A DNA stretch of 40,267 nucleotides from assembly GCA_036445815.1 (NCBI GenBank), contig JAZFRU010000270.1:1-40267 (forward strand), read 5' to 3'. Under the pieces are notes generated by a model. That model was not told where the DNA came from, made no database searches, and saw only the letters and a program-made list of their open reading frames with translations. How positions within the stretch are numbered: position 1 is the first letter of the stretch; each line of letters starts with the position of its first letter. The stretch comes from Acidobacteriota bacterium. Lineage in GTDB: Bacteria > Acidobacteriota > UBA6911 > RPQK01 > JADFOI01. Positions 1 to 8,776 of this stretch are shown here, piece after piece. A program made the translations under genes and the position numbers.

Positions 1-1
1 C

Positions 2-1300
2 ATCAACCGCCGGACTGTCCAGTTGGATGTCGCCGTACCGGATCACCCCGTGGTCATCAACGCCCGTCAGTCCGGGATCTTCAACAAGGAAGCGATCCGT
101 CTGGTCAAGGAAGTTTTTCCCGACTGGGAAGAAAGCACCGATCTGGAAAATCGACCCGGATCGGCCATGGACGGCTACGCCGCCGTCCCCGAACTTCAAG
201 GCATGACGTTTTCCTATTGGTGGAGGAATGAACCGATTGACAAGCTGGCCGAAGCGCTGCGCCTTCACGGTCTGGACCTGCTGAAGGAAGGTATGACCAC
301 GGTATCCACTCGTATCCTGTTTCCCACGGTGGTCGAGGCCTACAACAAACTGAACCGGGAACACCGTATGCCCCACCGGCTTTCCTACTACGTGGAACCC
401 CAGAGAGGAAATTTCTTCAATCTCAAGTCATTGCGGGAGTTCTATAAAGGTTCAGGTGCCCCCTGGACCAACCATTCCAATGGCGGTGAGATGCTGTACC
501 TGTCGGGAATGTGCAACGAGGTGTGGGACTCCAGTCAATGGGAGGTCTGCCTGGGTGATGACATCGAGGCCTCTGATGAACTGAAGTCTCGCCAGCGCTG
601 TCCCACTCCGGGAACTCGGCCCTATGAAGTCGTCAAGACCGCCGTGATGAACGGATGGCGGCCGGCCGGTGTCCATGGCACATCGAGTCACGGCGTACGC
701 CTTTACATTCAAATGCTCGAGGAAGCGATGGCAGAGGCCAACCTTTCTGCGGATCATATCCGCAGTCTGCGTACTACCATGGAGCACAACCAGCTATTGG
801 GGACCCCTCCCGATGTGATGGCCAAACTGAAGGAGTACGACATCCTTTTGAACGTCAACATGCCCTATCTGAACGATGCGGCCATGCTCATCGATATCTA
901 TGGTGAGCAGTTGAGACCCTTCGCCATGCCCATAAAAACCTGGTTGAAGGAAGGACTCAAGGTCACCTTCGAAGCCAGGGGCACTGATTTCTGGACACCG
1001 ATTCACATGATGGTCACCCGGGAAATCACCAATGCGCGTACCCAGCAGAAAGAAACGCTTCTGCCCGATGAAGCCATCGACCGCGTGACCGCATTGAAGA
1101 TGACCACCACCTGGGCCTCTTATTACATTCTGGCCGAAGACACACTGGGAACCCTGGAAGCAGGTAAATATGCTGACTTCGCCGTTCTGGAAAAGGACTA
1201 TTTCACCGTTCCGGTGGATGAGATCCCTGATACCAAGGTCATCATGACAGGCCTGGGAGGCAAAATCGTCTTCGACGAAAATCAGATGGCTGGAAACTAG
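2..1300 (+). CDS. Amidohydrolase-3 family metal-dependent hydrolase, 5'-partial (continues upstream of the window)
   Basis: The frame is open from nt 2, with no stop before the TTG at 23, so the gene probably starts upstream of the window. The C-terminal ...LEAGKYADFAVLEKDYF...IMTGLGGKIVFD resembles the end of Amidohydro_3 TIM-barrel hydrolases, which are usually longer than 500 aa. Confidence 0.65.
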   Translation: MNRRTVQLDVAVPDHPVVINARQSGIFNKEAIRLVKEVFPDWEESTDLENRPGSAMDGYAAVPELQGMTFSYWWRNEPIDKLAEALRLHGLDLLKEGMTTVSTRILFPTVVEAYNKLNREHRMPHRLSYYVEPQRGNFFNLKSLREFYKGSGAPWTNHSNGGEMLYLSGMCNEVWDSSQWEVCLGDDIEASDELKSRQRCPTPGTRPYEVVKTAVMNGWRPAGVHGTSSHGVRLYIQMLEEAMAEANLSADHIRSLRTTMEHNQLLGTPPDVMAKLKEYDILLNVNMPYLNDAAMLIDIYGEQLRPFAMPIKTWLKEGLKVTFEARGTDFWTPIHMMVTREITNARTQQKETLLPDEAIDRVTALKMTTTWASYYILAEDTLGTLEAGKYADFAVLEKDYFTVPVDEIPDTKVIMTGLGGKIVFDENQMAGN

Positions 1301-1356
1301 CGAGTTTCCAGTCAGGCGTTCGATCTCGTTTACAGAATGAGACCGTCTTTTCCGAA

Positions 1357-1394
1357 GGGGGACAATCCACATCAGGGGTTGTCCCCCGTTTTTC
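1357..1394 (+). terminator. Rho-independent terminator candidate downstream of the amidohydrolase gene
   Basis: Perfect 9-bp stem GGGGGACAA (1357-1365) / TTGTCCCCC (1379-1387) with a 13-nt loop, followed directly by GTTTTTCT. It lies about 55 nt after the stop codon. Confidence 0.6.
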
Positions 1395-1687
1395 TGCCTC
1401 CCAGCCGATGCCCCCTCTTTCATCTCCCCTGACCTACTCTCCACGAACAAAGCCGAGGGTTTGATGAGCCGTCATTTCCGAATTCCAGTTTCCGGCACCT
1501 CTTCTCCGGGACAATTGAGGTGCACGTATGGCTTGGAAGGGGTTGAGGAGCAAACAGGCACAGGGTGGGGACAGGTCCTCACAGAAATCGTGAGAGAACC
1601 CAAGACCGGTGACAGTAACCTGTCCGGGAAAGTGGGTTATCTAAAACAGATCAACAGAAGAATCGCTCACCAGACAGCTTGTTTCCC

Positions 1688-3139
1688 TTATTCTTCCACA
1701 TCCACCTTGCGGAAGGCATCGGGAATCTTCTCGAGTTGATCCTGGGGCACGTAGTCGTTCAGCTTGATGCGCTTCATGTCCTCTTCGGGGAACATGGTCG
1801 GAACCAGGAAGGGCTCCGGCGGGGCGGGTCGGGTCGCATCGATTCCGGCCTTGGATCCCCAGTGGTTATCAATGGACGGGTCCACGATGCTGCTCATGAC
1901 ATCGGTCTGAATGATCCAGTCCTTGTCCGGTTGAGCACGTGTGGCCACGGCCCAGAAAACCTGCCGCTCATCATAAATATCGACATCGTCATCGACCACG
2001 ATCACGTGTTTGACGGAGTAATTGGAGGTCAGAGCCGAATGAATCGCCGTCCGGGCCTGTCCTTCGGCGGTTTTCTTGATCTGAATGAAACAGAATCCCA
2101 ACCCATCAGATCCTCCCGCATGCGGCAGCAGATAGACCCGGGTGACCTGTGGCACCACCCGCTTCACGATGTCATAGACGCGGAACTCACGGGCCAGGCC
2201 CTGAAAGGCGTGGTTGCGTCCGATGGCGTAGTTGGACCAAATGGGATCCTGCCTCTGAGTGATGCAGCTGACTTCCATATAGGGGCACCAGCGCTGGGCT
2301 CCAATATGCCGCGTATATTCGCTGTAGGGACCTTCAGCCGTGCGCTTCATGGCCTTGATTTCGCCCTCAAATACAATCTCAGCATCGGCCGGAACCATGA
2401 AATCATCCCCCAGCGTCTCCGAGGGAACGAGCCGTAGGGGTTCACCCAAAAGCCCGCCGCAGGCCTCAAAATGGCTCTCCGGATATCCCATCTTCGTCTG
2501 AGAGGCCATCAACACGTTGGGATGCAGGCCCGCCACCACGGCACACTTCATATTCTGGTGGAGCTCCTGCTCGGATTTCCAGAAATTCATGGAATTGTGA
2601 TTGTCCGGAGAGAACAAAAAGGCGATCCGATTCTTACTCTGGATCTCACCTCGATGAATTCCCATGTTATCGATGCCGGCCTCCGGATGATAGGTGATCA
2701 TCGGAGCCAGAGAAATGTAGGGATGAGACAGCATCAGATAAGGCTGATAGGCAGGATAACGATGTAAATCCACATCGTCACCTTTCAAGATCTCCTTCTT
2801 CACCGGAGCCTCTTCACGGGATATGACGACTGGGTCTTGCTTGTTCTCCAGTGCCAGGCGCCTCCAATCCTGGGATACCATTTCCCAGTTTGAACCCATG
2901 GCATAAGCCAGCTTTCCCCGAGAGCCGATCTCATTCATGATGACCTCGTACTCGGACGGCTTGCCGTTGCAGAGAATCGCGTTCTTGATCCTGAGCAAGG
3001 GGAACTTGCGCTCTTTATCCAGCTTGTCGACTAGAATCCCTATCTCATGTTTGAGACTGATGGGTTTTTCAATCGTGACAACGTCTTCCGGATGATCCTG
3101 TTCGTAGGTTTCCAGAAAGTGACGTAAATCCTTAGCCAT
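1688..3139 (-). CDS. UbiD-family (prFMN-dependent) decarboxylase
   Basis: 483-aa ORF with an ATG preceded by AGGAGG at 5-nt spacing. The length and the N-terminus MAKDLRHFLE..EDVV.IEKPIS are typical of UbiD / 3-octaprenyl-4-hydroxybenzoate carboxy-lyase-like proteins. No UbiX gene is in the window. Confidence 0.8.
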   Translation of the reverse strand: MAKDLRHFLETYEQDHPEDVVTIEKPISLKHEIGILVDKLDKERKFPLLRIKNAILCNGKPSEYEVIMNEIGSRGKLAYAMGSNWEMVSQDWRRLALENKQDPVVISREEAPVKKEILKGDDVDLHRYPAYQPYLMLSHPYISLAPMITYHPEAGIDNMGIHRGEIQSKNRIAFLFSPDNHNSMNFWKSEQELHQNMKCAVVAGLHPNVLMASQTKMGYPESHFEACGGLLGEPLRLVPSETLGDDFMVPADAEIVFEGEIKAMKRTAEGPYSEYTRHIGAQRWCPYMEVSCITQRQDPIWSNYAIGRNHAFQGLAREFRVYDIVKRVVPQVTRVYLLPHAGGSDGLGFCFIQIKKTAEGQARTAIHSALTSNYSVKHVIVVDDDVDIYDERQVFWAVATRAQPDKDWIIQTDVMSSIVDPSIDNHWGSKAGIDATRPAPPEPFLVPTMFPEEDMKRIKLNDYVPQDQLEKIPDAFRKVDVEE

Positions 3140-3186
3140 AAATTCCTCCTGTGAATTGAGGGGAGAGACGACGCTGCACGCAGCTC

Positions 3187-3351
3187 TTATTCCTCAACAC
3201 GCTCCGCGTCCTTGGCCTTGAACTCGGCCAGGCAAAAGGGACACCGGCAAAACGGTTTGGTCCCGGTCAGCGGATGGGTTTCCTTGAGCATCAGAAGCTC
3301 CACGTAAAATCGCTCATGGCATTTCGGACAGGTAATCCAAGCAACTTTCAT
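3187..3351 (-). CDS. Small zinc-ribbon protein (54 aa), below the ORF-track length cutoff
   Basis: Hand translation gives MKVAWITCPKCHERFYVELLMLKETHPLTGTKPFCRCPFCLAEFKAKDAERVEE, running from ATG to TAA. It has two Cys knuckles (CPKC and CRCPFC). It sits 47 nt upstream of the UbiD-family gene on the same strand, with a purine-rich AAGAAG a few nt before the ATG. Confidence 0.5.
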   Translation of the reverse strand: MKVAWITCPKCHERFYVELLMLKETHPLTGTKPFCRCPFCLAEFKAKDAERVEE

Positions 3352-3506
3352 AATTCACTTCTTAACCTCTTGGTAATATCTCTTCTGAGCAAGGCAGCAT
3401 GGTACTCAAGGAGAGATAACGAGTCAAGACTGCCCGGCACAGAGACTCCAGGGAGGTGGTCAGACGGTCAGCTTTTCTTCCTTGGTTGTGTTAGGTTCAT
3501 TGCATC

Positions 3507-5576
3507 ATGAGACTCGCCATATCACTCATCCTTCTCCTTTCCTGGTCGGGCTGCAGCCGCCCCGATGGGGCTGAAATTTTGTGGGACGACTGGGGAGTTC
3601 CTCACATTTACTCCGACAACGATGAAGACCTTTTCTACGCCTTTGGCTGGGCCCAGGCCAAGAGTCACGGCGACTTGCTCCTGAGACTGTACGGCCAGGC
3701 CCGGGGGCGAGGAGCCGAGTACTGGGGAGAACGGTATCTGGCAGGAGACCAATGGGTACGAACCATGGGCGTACCGGCACGAGCCAGGGATTGGTATTCA
3801 GATCAGGACAATACCTGGCAACGTAATCTGGACGCCTTTGCCGAAGGGATCAACGCCTACGCTCAGGAACACCCCGATCAAATAACGGATCAGTTCAAGA
3901 ACGTCCTGCCGGTAGACGGCATCGATGTTCTGGCCCACAGCCAAAGGGTCATCCTCTTTTACTTCGTCACCAGCCCTCAGGTTCTGGGAAGAATCGATGA
4001 CGAGTGGAATCAGAACCCGACCGCATCTCCCGCTTCCAACGCCTGGGCCATAGGGCCCTCCCGGTCCTCCAGCGGCAACACTTTACTTCTGGGCAATCCT
4101 CACCTGCCCTGGACCGACCTGTATCTCTTTTACGAGGCCCATCTGGTGACCGCAGAGATGAATACCTATGGAGCCACATTCGTAGGTATACCGACCCTGG
4201 GCATCGCCTTCAACGACCATTTGGGCTGGACTCATACGGTTAATGCCCATGACGGCGATGACCTCTACGAACTAACCCTGGTCGACGGTGGGTACCGCTG
4301 GGATAAGGAGGTCAAGCCCTTTGACACCAGGGAAGAAATCCTCAAGGTGCGCCAGCGCGACGGAACCCTGATGGATCAGAAACTCCTTGTCAGACACTCC
4401 ATTCATGGACCGGTTGTGGCTGAGAAGAACGGGAAGGCCCTGGCCTTGAGAGTGGTGGGTCTCCAGCAGTCAAAGATGCTGGCACAGTATTGGGATATGG
4501 GTCGGGCCACCAGTCTTGATGAATTTGAGGCCGCCTTGCGGGGCCTGGAAATCCCCATGTTCACGGTGATGTATGCCGATCAACAAGGGCACATCATGCA
4601 CTTTTTCGGAGGCATCACCCCAGTTCGTCCTCCCGGAGTCGGAGATTGGTCCGGAATTGTTCCAGGGGATCGATCCTCCACTCTCTGGACGAAAACCCAT
4701 ACCTACGATGAACTTCCAAAGGTGATCGATCCTCCCAGCGGCTGGCTCCAGAATGCCAACGATCCGCCCTGGACAACCACCTTCCCTGTGGTTCTTGATC
4801 CGGAAAACTTCCCCTCTTACATGGCGCCTCAAAGAATGCGCCTACGGGCACAACATTCCGCCCTCATGCTGATGTCCGACGACAGCATTGATTTTGAAGA
4901 AATGGTCGAGTACAAACATTCAACCCACGTGGAGCTCGCCGATCGTATCCTGGATGACCTGTTATCCGTTGCCGAAACCAGCACCCATAACAGGGTTCAG
5001 GAGGCGGCTCAAATTCTGGCCTCATGGGATCGCAGGACCGATGCGGACAGTCAAGGCGCGATCCTCTTTGAGGCCTTTTCCCGGGAGTTGCTCCTAAGCG
5101 GCAGCGACCAGGACATCTACCTCCATCACTGGGACCCGGAGTCCCCCCTCGAAACTCCCCACGGCCTGGCCGACAAGGCGAGGGCGCTTGAGGCTCTGCT
5201 TTTGGCGGCCAACAAAGTCATCGAAGCCTACGGCTCCCTGGATGTGGAATGGGGAAAAATCCATCGTCTCCGCGGTCCAGATGTCGACATCGCCGCCAAC
5301 GGCGGACCGGGAGCTCTGGGGGTGTTTCGTGCGGTTGGCTTTCGTCAGATGCCCTCCGGCCAGAGAGAGGCCGTCACGGGGGACTCTTTTGTGATGGCGG
5401 TTGAGTTCTCCAATCCGGTTCGAGCTCAGGTTTTGTTAAGTTACGGGAACTCCTCACAGCCCGATTCCACCTATCGGGGCAACCAGTTGATTCATTTTGC
5501 TCAAAAGAAACTGCGTCCGGTGTGGCGCTCTCGAGAGGAGGTTGAGGCCAATCTGGAGTCGCGGGAAGTCTTTTAG
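3507..5576 (+). CDS. Penicillin acylase family (S45, Ntn-hydrolase) protein, AHL-acylase-like; probable lipoprotein
   Basis: 689 aa. The N-terminal signal ends in SGC, a lipobox-like motif. ILWDDWGVPHIY..AFGWAQAKSHGDLLL is typical of the family alpha subunit. SNAWAIGP fits the autoprocessed N-terminal Ser nucleophile of the beta subunit. Confidence 0.85.
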   Translation: MRLAISLILLLSWSGCSRPDGAEILWDDWGVPHIYSDNDEDLFYAFGWAQAKSHGDLLLRLYGQARGRGAEYWGERYLAGDQWVRTMGVPARARDWYSDQDNTWQRNLDAFAEGINAYAQEHPDQITDQFKNVLPVDGIDVLAHSQRVILFYFVTSPQVLGRIDDEWNQNPTASPASNAWAIGPSRSSSGNTLLLGNPHLPWTDLYLFYEAHLVTAEMNTYGATFVGIPTLGIAFNDHLGWTHTVNAHDGDDLYELTLVDGGYRWDKEVKPFDTREEILKVRQRDGTLMDQKLLVRHSIHGPVVAEKNGKALALRVVGLQQSKMLAQYWDMGRATSLDEFEAALRGLEIPMFTVMYADQQGHIMHFFGGITPVRPPGVGDWSGIVPGDRSSTLWTKTHTYDELPKVIDPPSGWLQNANDPPWTTTFPVVLDPENFPSYMAPQRMRLRAQHSALMLMSDDSIDFEEMVEYKHSTHVELADRILDDLLSVAETSTHNRVQEAAQILASWDRRTDADSQGAILFEAFSRELLLSGSDQDIYLHHWDPESPLETPHGLADKARALEALLLAANKVIEAYGSLDVEWGKIHRLRGPDVDIAANGGPGALGVFRAVGFRQMPSGQREAVTGDSFVMAVEFSNPVRAQVLLSYGNSSQPDSTYRGNQLIHFAQKKLRPVWRSREEVEANLESREVF

Positions 5577-7198
5577 GCCTCGATCAGAACCAAGGTCATA
5601 TCATCGGTCTGATACATACCCTTGGTGAATCGGCCAACCTCCTCCAGGATTTTCTTTTCTAAAATCACTGCCCCAGCAGAGGCATGCTCCTTGATGACCG
5701 CCCGCAGTCTCTCTTCATCGAACAGCTCATCATCCAGATTGGCCGCCTCGGTAACGCCATCGGAATAAATCACCAGAACATCTCCAGGGTGAAGTTCCAG
5801 CGGGCTCGATTCGTACTTGGCAGACGGGAAGGCTCCCAGCACGATTCCCTGGGACACCAGTTCCTCAATCTCCCCTGTAGCTGCACGAAACAGGTAAGCT
5901 GGATTGTGCCCGGCACCCACGAACTCCCCCTTGCCACTGGAATCCAATGAGAACATAAAAACCGTCACAAACCCATTGGAAGGCGATCTCTTGTACATCA
6001 GCTGATTGGTTTTCTCCAATACGGCTGGAAGAGGGGCACCGGTCCGACACTCCATGTCCAGGGCTCCTTGTAATAGCGCTGTCAAAACAGCAGCCCCGAC
6101 CCCCTTCCCTGACACGTCCGCAAGAATCCCGATCAGTTCTTCGGGCCTGGACTCAAGAAAATCATAAAAGTCGCCTCCCACATGTCGAGTGGGTTCACAG
6201 GAGGCGGAAATGGTGAAATTTCCAAACTTGGGAAAGGATTGGGGTAACAGGCGCTGCTGAATTTCATGGGCCACCGACATTTCCTGCTCGATGACCTTCC
6301 TCTCTTCGATACTTCTGATCATTTCCAGCTTCTCGAGCCCATTCCCGGCCTCGCCTGCCAACTTCACGACGATCTTCTTATCCAGACCGGACAGGGCATG
6401 CATGACCTTGGTACTATCGAGATAAAGAATGCCCAGAAGTTCCAGCCGGTCCGACTCACCAGAAATCCCCCTGAGCGGCAGACATGCTATCGCCCGAAGG
6501 TTCATCTCGATAACACTCTGCTGTTGTGCAAGGTCTCCTTCAATACCTCCCGTCATGAACACCGGCTCACCGGTATCGGCTACCTGCTTCACACAACTTT
6601 GGCTGGCGCGAAACTGCTTTTGTGAAAACATTTCGCCCTTGGCATTCATTCCTGAAACATACTTGAAATCAGCCTCTTTCTTGACGAATATACAGCCCCG
6701 TTCCGCACCGCTGATATCCAGAACAGCCTTGATAATCTGACCGAATGCCTGGTCAGGTGAGAACTTCTGTCCCCACTGATATTGAATCTCCAGAAGACAG
6801 TTGATCTTTTTAAGATCCGAATATTCCTCGTCCTCCGGCGCAGCGAATACGGAGCTCAGTTGAGCCAGGGACATCTTTAAATCCTGGCCAGTCGCGGTAT
6901 CGCTTGGAACGCCATCCAGGAAATCTTGTGTAAAAACAACCTCCACCTGGCCCAGACGAATCTGATCGCCTTCCTTAAGTTGGTGCCGTTCAATTCGATC
7001 ATCGTTCACGTAAGTGCCATGGCTGCTGTTCAGGTCGACAATGAAGTATCGGTCGTTCTCTCTGACCAGCTTGGCATGGTGTCGGGAGACCGAACGGTTG
7101 CTGATCTTGATATCATTATCCGAACCCCTCCCGATGACGCTCTCATCACCTTCAATTTCATACCGTTGACTCTGATCTTTGAGATAGTGAACTGTCAT
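5573..7198 (-). CDS. FHA domain - GAF domain - PP2C/SpoIIE-type serine phosphatase
   Basis: The start is set at the internal ATG (MTVHYLKDQ...), which has AAGGAG 6 nt upstream. The FHA signature is GRGSDNDIKISNRSVSRHHAKL...GTYVND. A central GAF-like region follows. The C-terminal part carries HVGGDFYDF...DVSGKGVGAA...YSDGVTEA...DDMTLV, a PP2C/SpoIIE pattern. Confidence 0.8.
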   Translation of the reverse strand: MTVHYLKDQSQRYEIEGDESVIGRGSDNDIKISNRSVSRHHAKLVRENDRYFIVDLNSSHGTYVNDDRIERHQLKEGDQIRLGQVEVVFTQDFLDGVPSDTATGQDLKMSLAQLSSVFAAPEDEEYSDLKKINCLLEIQYQWGQKFSPDQAFGQIIKAVLDISGAERGCIFVKKEADFKYVSGMNAKGEMFSQKQFRASQSCVKQVADTGEPVFMTGGIEGDLAQQQSVIEMNLRAIACLPLRGISGESDRLELLGILYLDSTKVMHALSGLDKKIVVKLAGEAGNGLEKLEMIRSIEERKVIEQEMSVAHEIQQRLLPQSFPKFGNFTISASCEPTRHVGGDFYDFLESRPEELIGILADVSGKGVGAAVLTALLQGALDMECRTGAPLPAVLEKTNQLMYKRSPSNGFVTVFMFSLDSSGKGEFVGAGHNPAYLFRAATGEIEELVSQGIVLGAFPSAKYESSPLELHPGDVLVIYSDGVTEAANLDDELFDEERLRAVIKEHASAGAVILEKKILEEVGRFTKGMYQTDDMTLVLIEA

Positions 7199-7441
7199 TA
7201 TTTTCTCCTTGAAAACCGGGCGAATTCCGCCCATTATGGCAGATTTTCTGTTCCGATTCATACCCGGCAGGGTCTGGGCTCGCGGCACAGTCACTTCAAC
7301 GTCGGTCGGAATGAACTGGGGTTGGTGATTTATCCGGGGTAGTGCGGCTTTCCCTGCCAGAGGGCAAGGATCGCCTTTTTCTCGGTCTTTGTCCTGGAAC
7401 AAGGACCGCTGAGACCAGGACCGTCCAGGTCGGAGCCCGTG

Positions 7442-8758
7442 CTACTCGTAGTAGTCAAGCCCAAGGTGGGTGATCGGGTCCTCACCGCCCATATAACGCA
7501 GCGTGTTTTTCAGCTTCATGAGCTGAATGAACAGATCATGTTCCGGATACAATTCAGGCAGAGTCATGGGACTTTTGAAATAAAAGGAGAGCCATTCTTG
7601 AATACCGGACATCCCGGCTCTTTTGGCCAGATCGAGAAAAAGCACCAGGTCCAGGACCAGGGGCGCGGCCAGGATGCTGTCGCGACAGAGAAAATCGATC
7701 TTGATCTGCATGGGATATCCCAACCACCCGAAGATATCCAGATTATCCCAGCCTTCCTTGTTGTCTCGGCGGGGAGGGTAGTAGTTAATACGAACCTTGT
7801 GGTAGAAGTCGCCATAGAGCTGGGGATAGACATCCGGCTGAAGAATGTGTTCCAGCACAGACAACTTGCTCTCTTCCTTGGTCTTGAATGATTCGGGATC
7901 GTCCAGCACTTCTCCATCGCGATTGCCCAGAATATTGGTTGAAAACCATCCCGCCAAGCCGATCAATCTGGCCTTCAGACCCGGAGCAAGGATGGTTTTC
8001 ATCATGGTCTGACCAGTCTTGAAGTCTTTTCCGCAAATCGGAACCTGGTTCGCTTCCGCTAACTCAAGAAATGCCGGAACATCCACCGTCAAGTTGGGGG
8101 CTCCGTTAGCAAAAGGTATTCCCAGTTTCAGGGCCGCATAGGCGTAGATCATGCTGGATGGGATACGGACGTCATTGGCCTTCATCCCGGCCTCCAGGGC
8201 TTCCAGAGAGCCGTGTACCTCTGACGGACTGATGAAAATTTCAGTGCTGCCACACCAGATCATCACCAACCGCCCCACCTGGTTGGCTTCCTTGAATTGC
8301 TCGATATCTTCCATTAACCGATGGGCCAGGTCCCACTTTGTTTTCTCCTGCTTGACGTGGGTTCCCTGAAGTTTCTTCACGTAGTGGGTATCAAATACGG
8401 CCTTCATGGGGTGAATCGCTTCGAGCTCCGGTTTGAGCTGTCTGAGCAGATCGGCCTCCAGCACACCCGCTTTCACAGCAGCCATATAGGCATCGTCACT
8501 GAAAATGTCCCAGGCCCCAAACACCAGGCGATCCAGCTCTTCCAGAGAAACGAATTCGGAGATTCTTGGAACTCGCTTTTCAGTGCGCTTACCCAGACGG
8601 ATGGTACCCATCTGGGTGAGAGAACCTATGGGTTCACCCAAACCCTTCTTGATGGCCTCCACTCCGGCAATAAAGGTCGTACTCACGGCTCCCAGGCCAA
8701 TGAGTAAAACCCCCAGCTTTCCTTCCGGCTCCGAAATTTCTATTCCTTTTTCACTCAT
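7442..8758 (-). CDS. ino1: Inositol-3-phosphate (myo-inositol-1-phosphate) synthase
   Basis: 438 aa. The N-terminal Rossmann GVLLIGLGAVSTTFIAG and the overall similarity fit remembered bacterial/archaeal MIPS sequences. Confidence 0.75.
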   Translation of the reverse strand: MSEKGIEISEPEGKLGVLLIGLGAVSTTFIAGVEAIKKGLGEPIGSLTQMGTIRLGKRTEKRVPRISEFVSLEELDRLVFGAWDIFSDDAYMAAVKAGVLEADLLRQLKPELEAIHPMKAVFDTHYVKKLQGTHVKQEKTKWDLAHRLMEDIEQFKEANQVGRLVMIWCGSTEIFISPSEVHGSLEALEAGMKANDVRIPSSMIYAYAALKLGIPFANGAPNLTVDVPAFLELAEANQVPICGKDFKTGQTMMKTILAPGLKARLIGLAGWFSTNILGNRDGEVLDDPESFKTKEESKLSVLEHILQPDVYPQLYGDFYHKVRINYYPPRRDNKEGWDNLDIFGWLGYPMQIKIDFLCRDSILAAPLVLDLVLFLDLAKRAGMSGIQEWLSFYFKSPMTLPELYPEHDLFIQLMKLKNTLRYMGGEDPITHLGLDYYE

Positions 8759-8776
8759 TCTCTAGTCCTCTTTCAT

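Noticed and set aside
5573-5576. The convergent acylase and FHA-phosphatase genes overlap by 4 nt at their stop codons (TTAG), leaving no room for terminators.
   Set aside because: The observation is real, but such overlaps of convergent stops occur by chance in compact genomes. Nothing else is unusual at the junction.
7199-7402. A 68-codon N-terminal extension of the FHA-GAF-PP2C ORF (the longest ORF starts at 7402).
   Set aside because: The extension has no domain-like sequence. The internal ATG at 7198 has a strong AAGGAG RBS and begins directly at the FHA domain.
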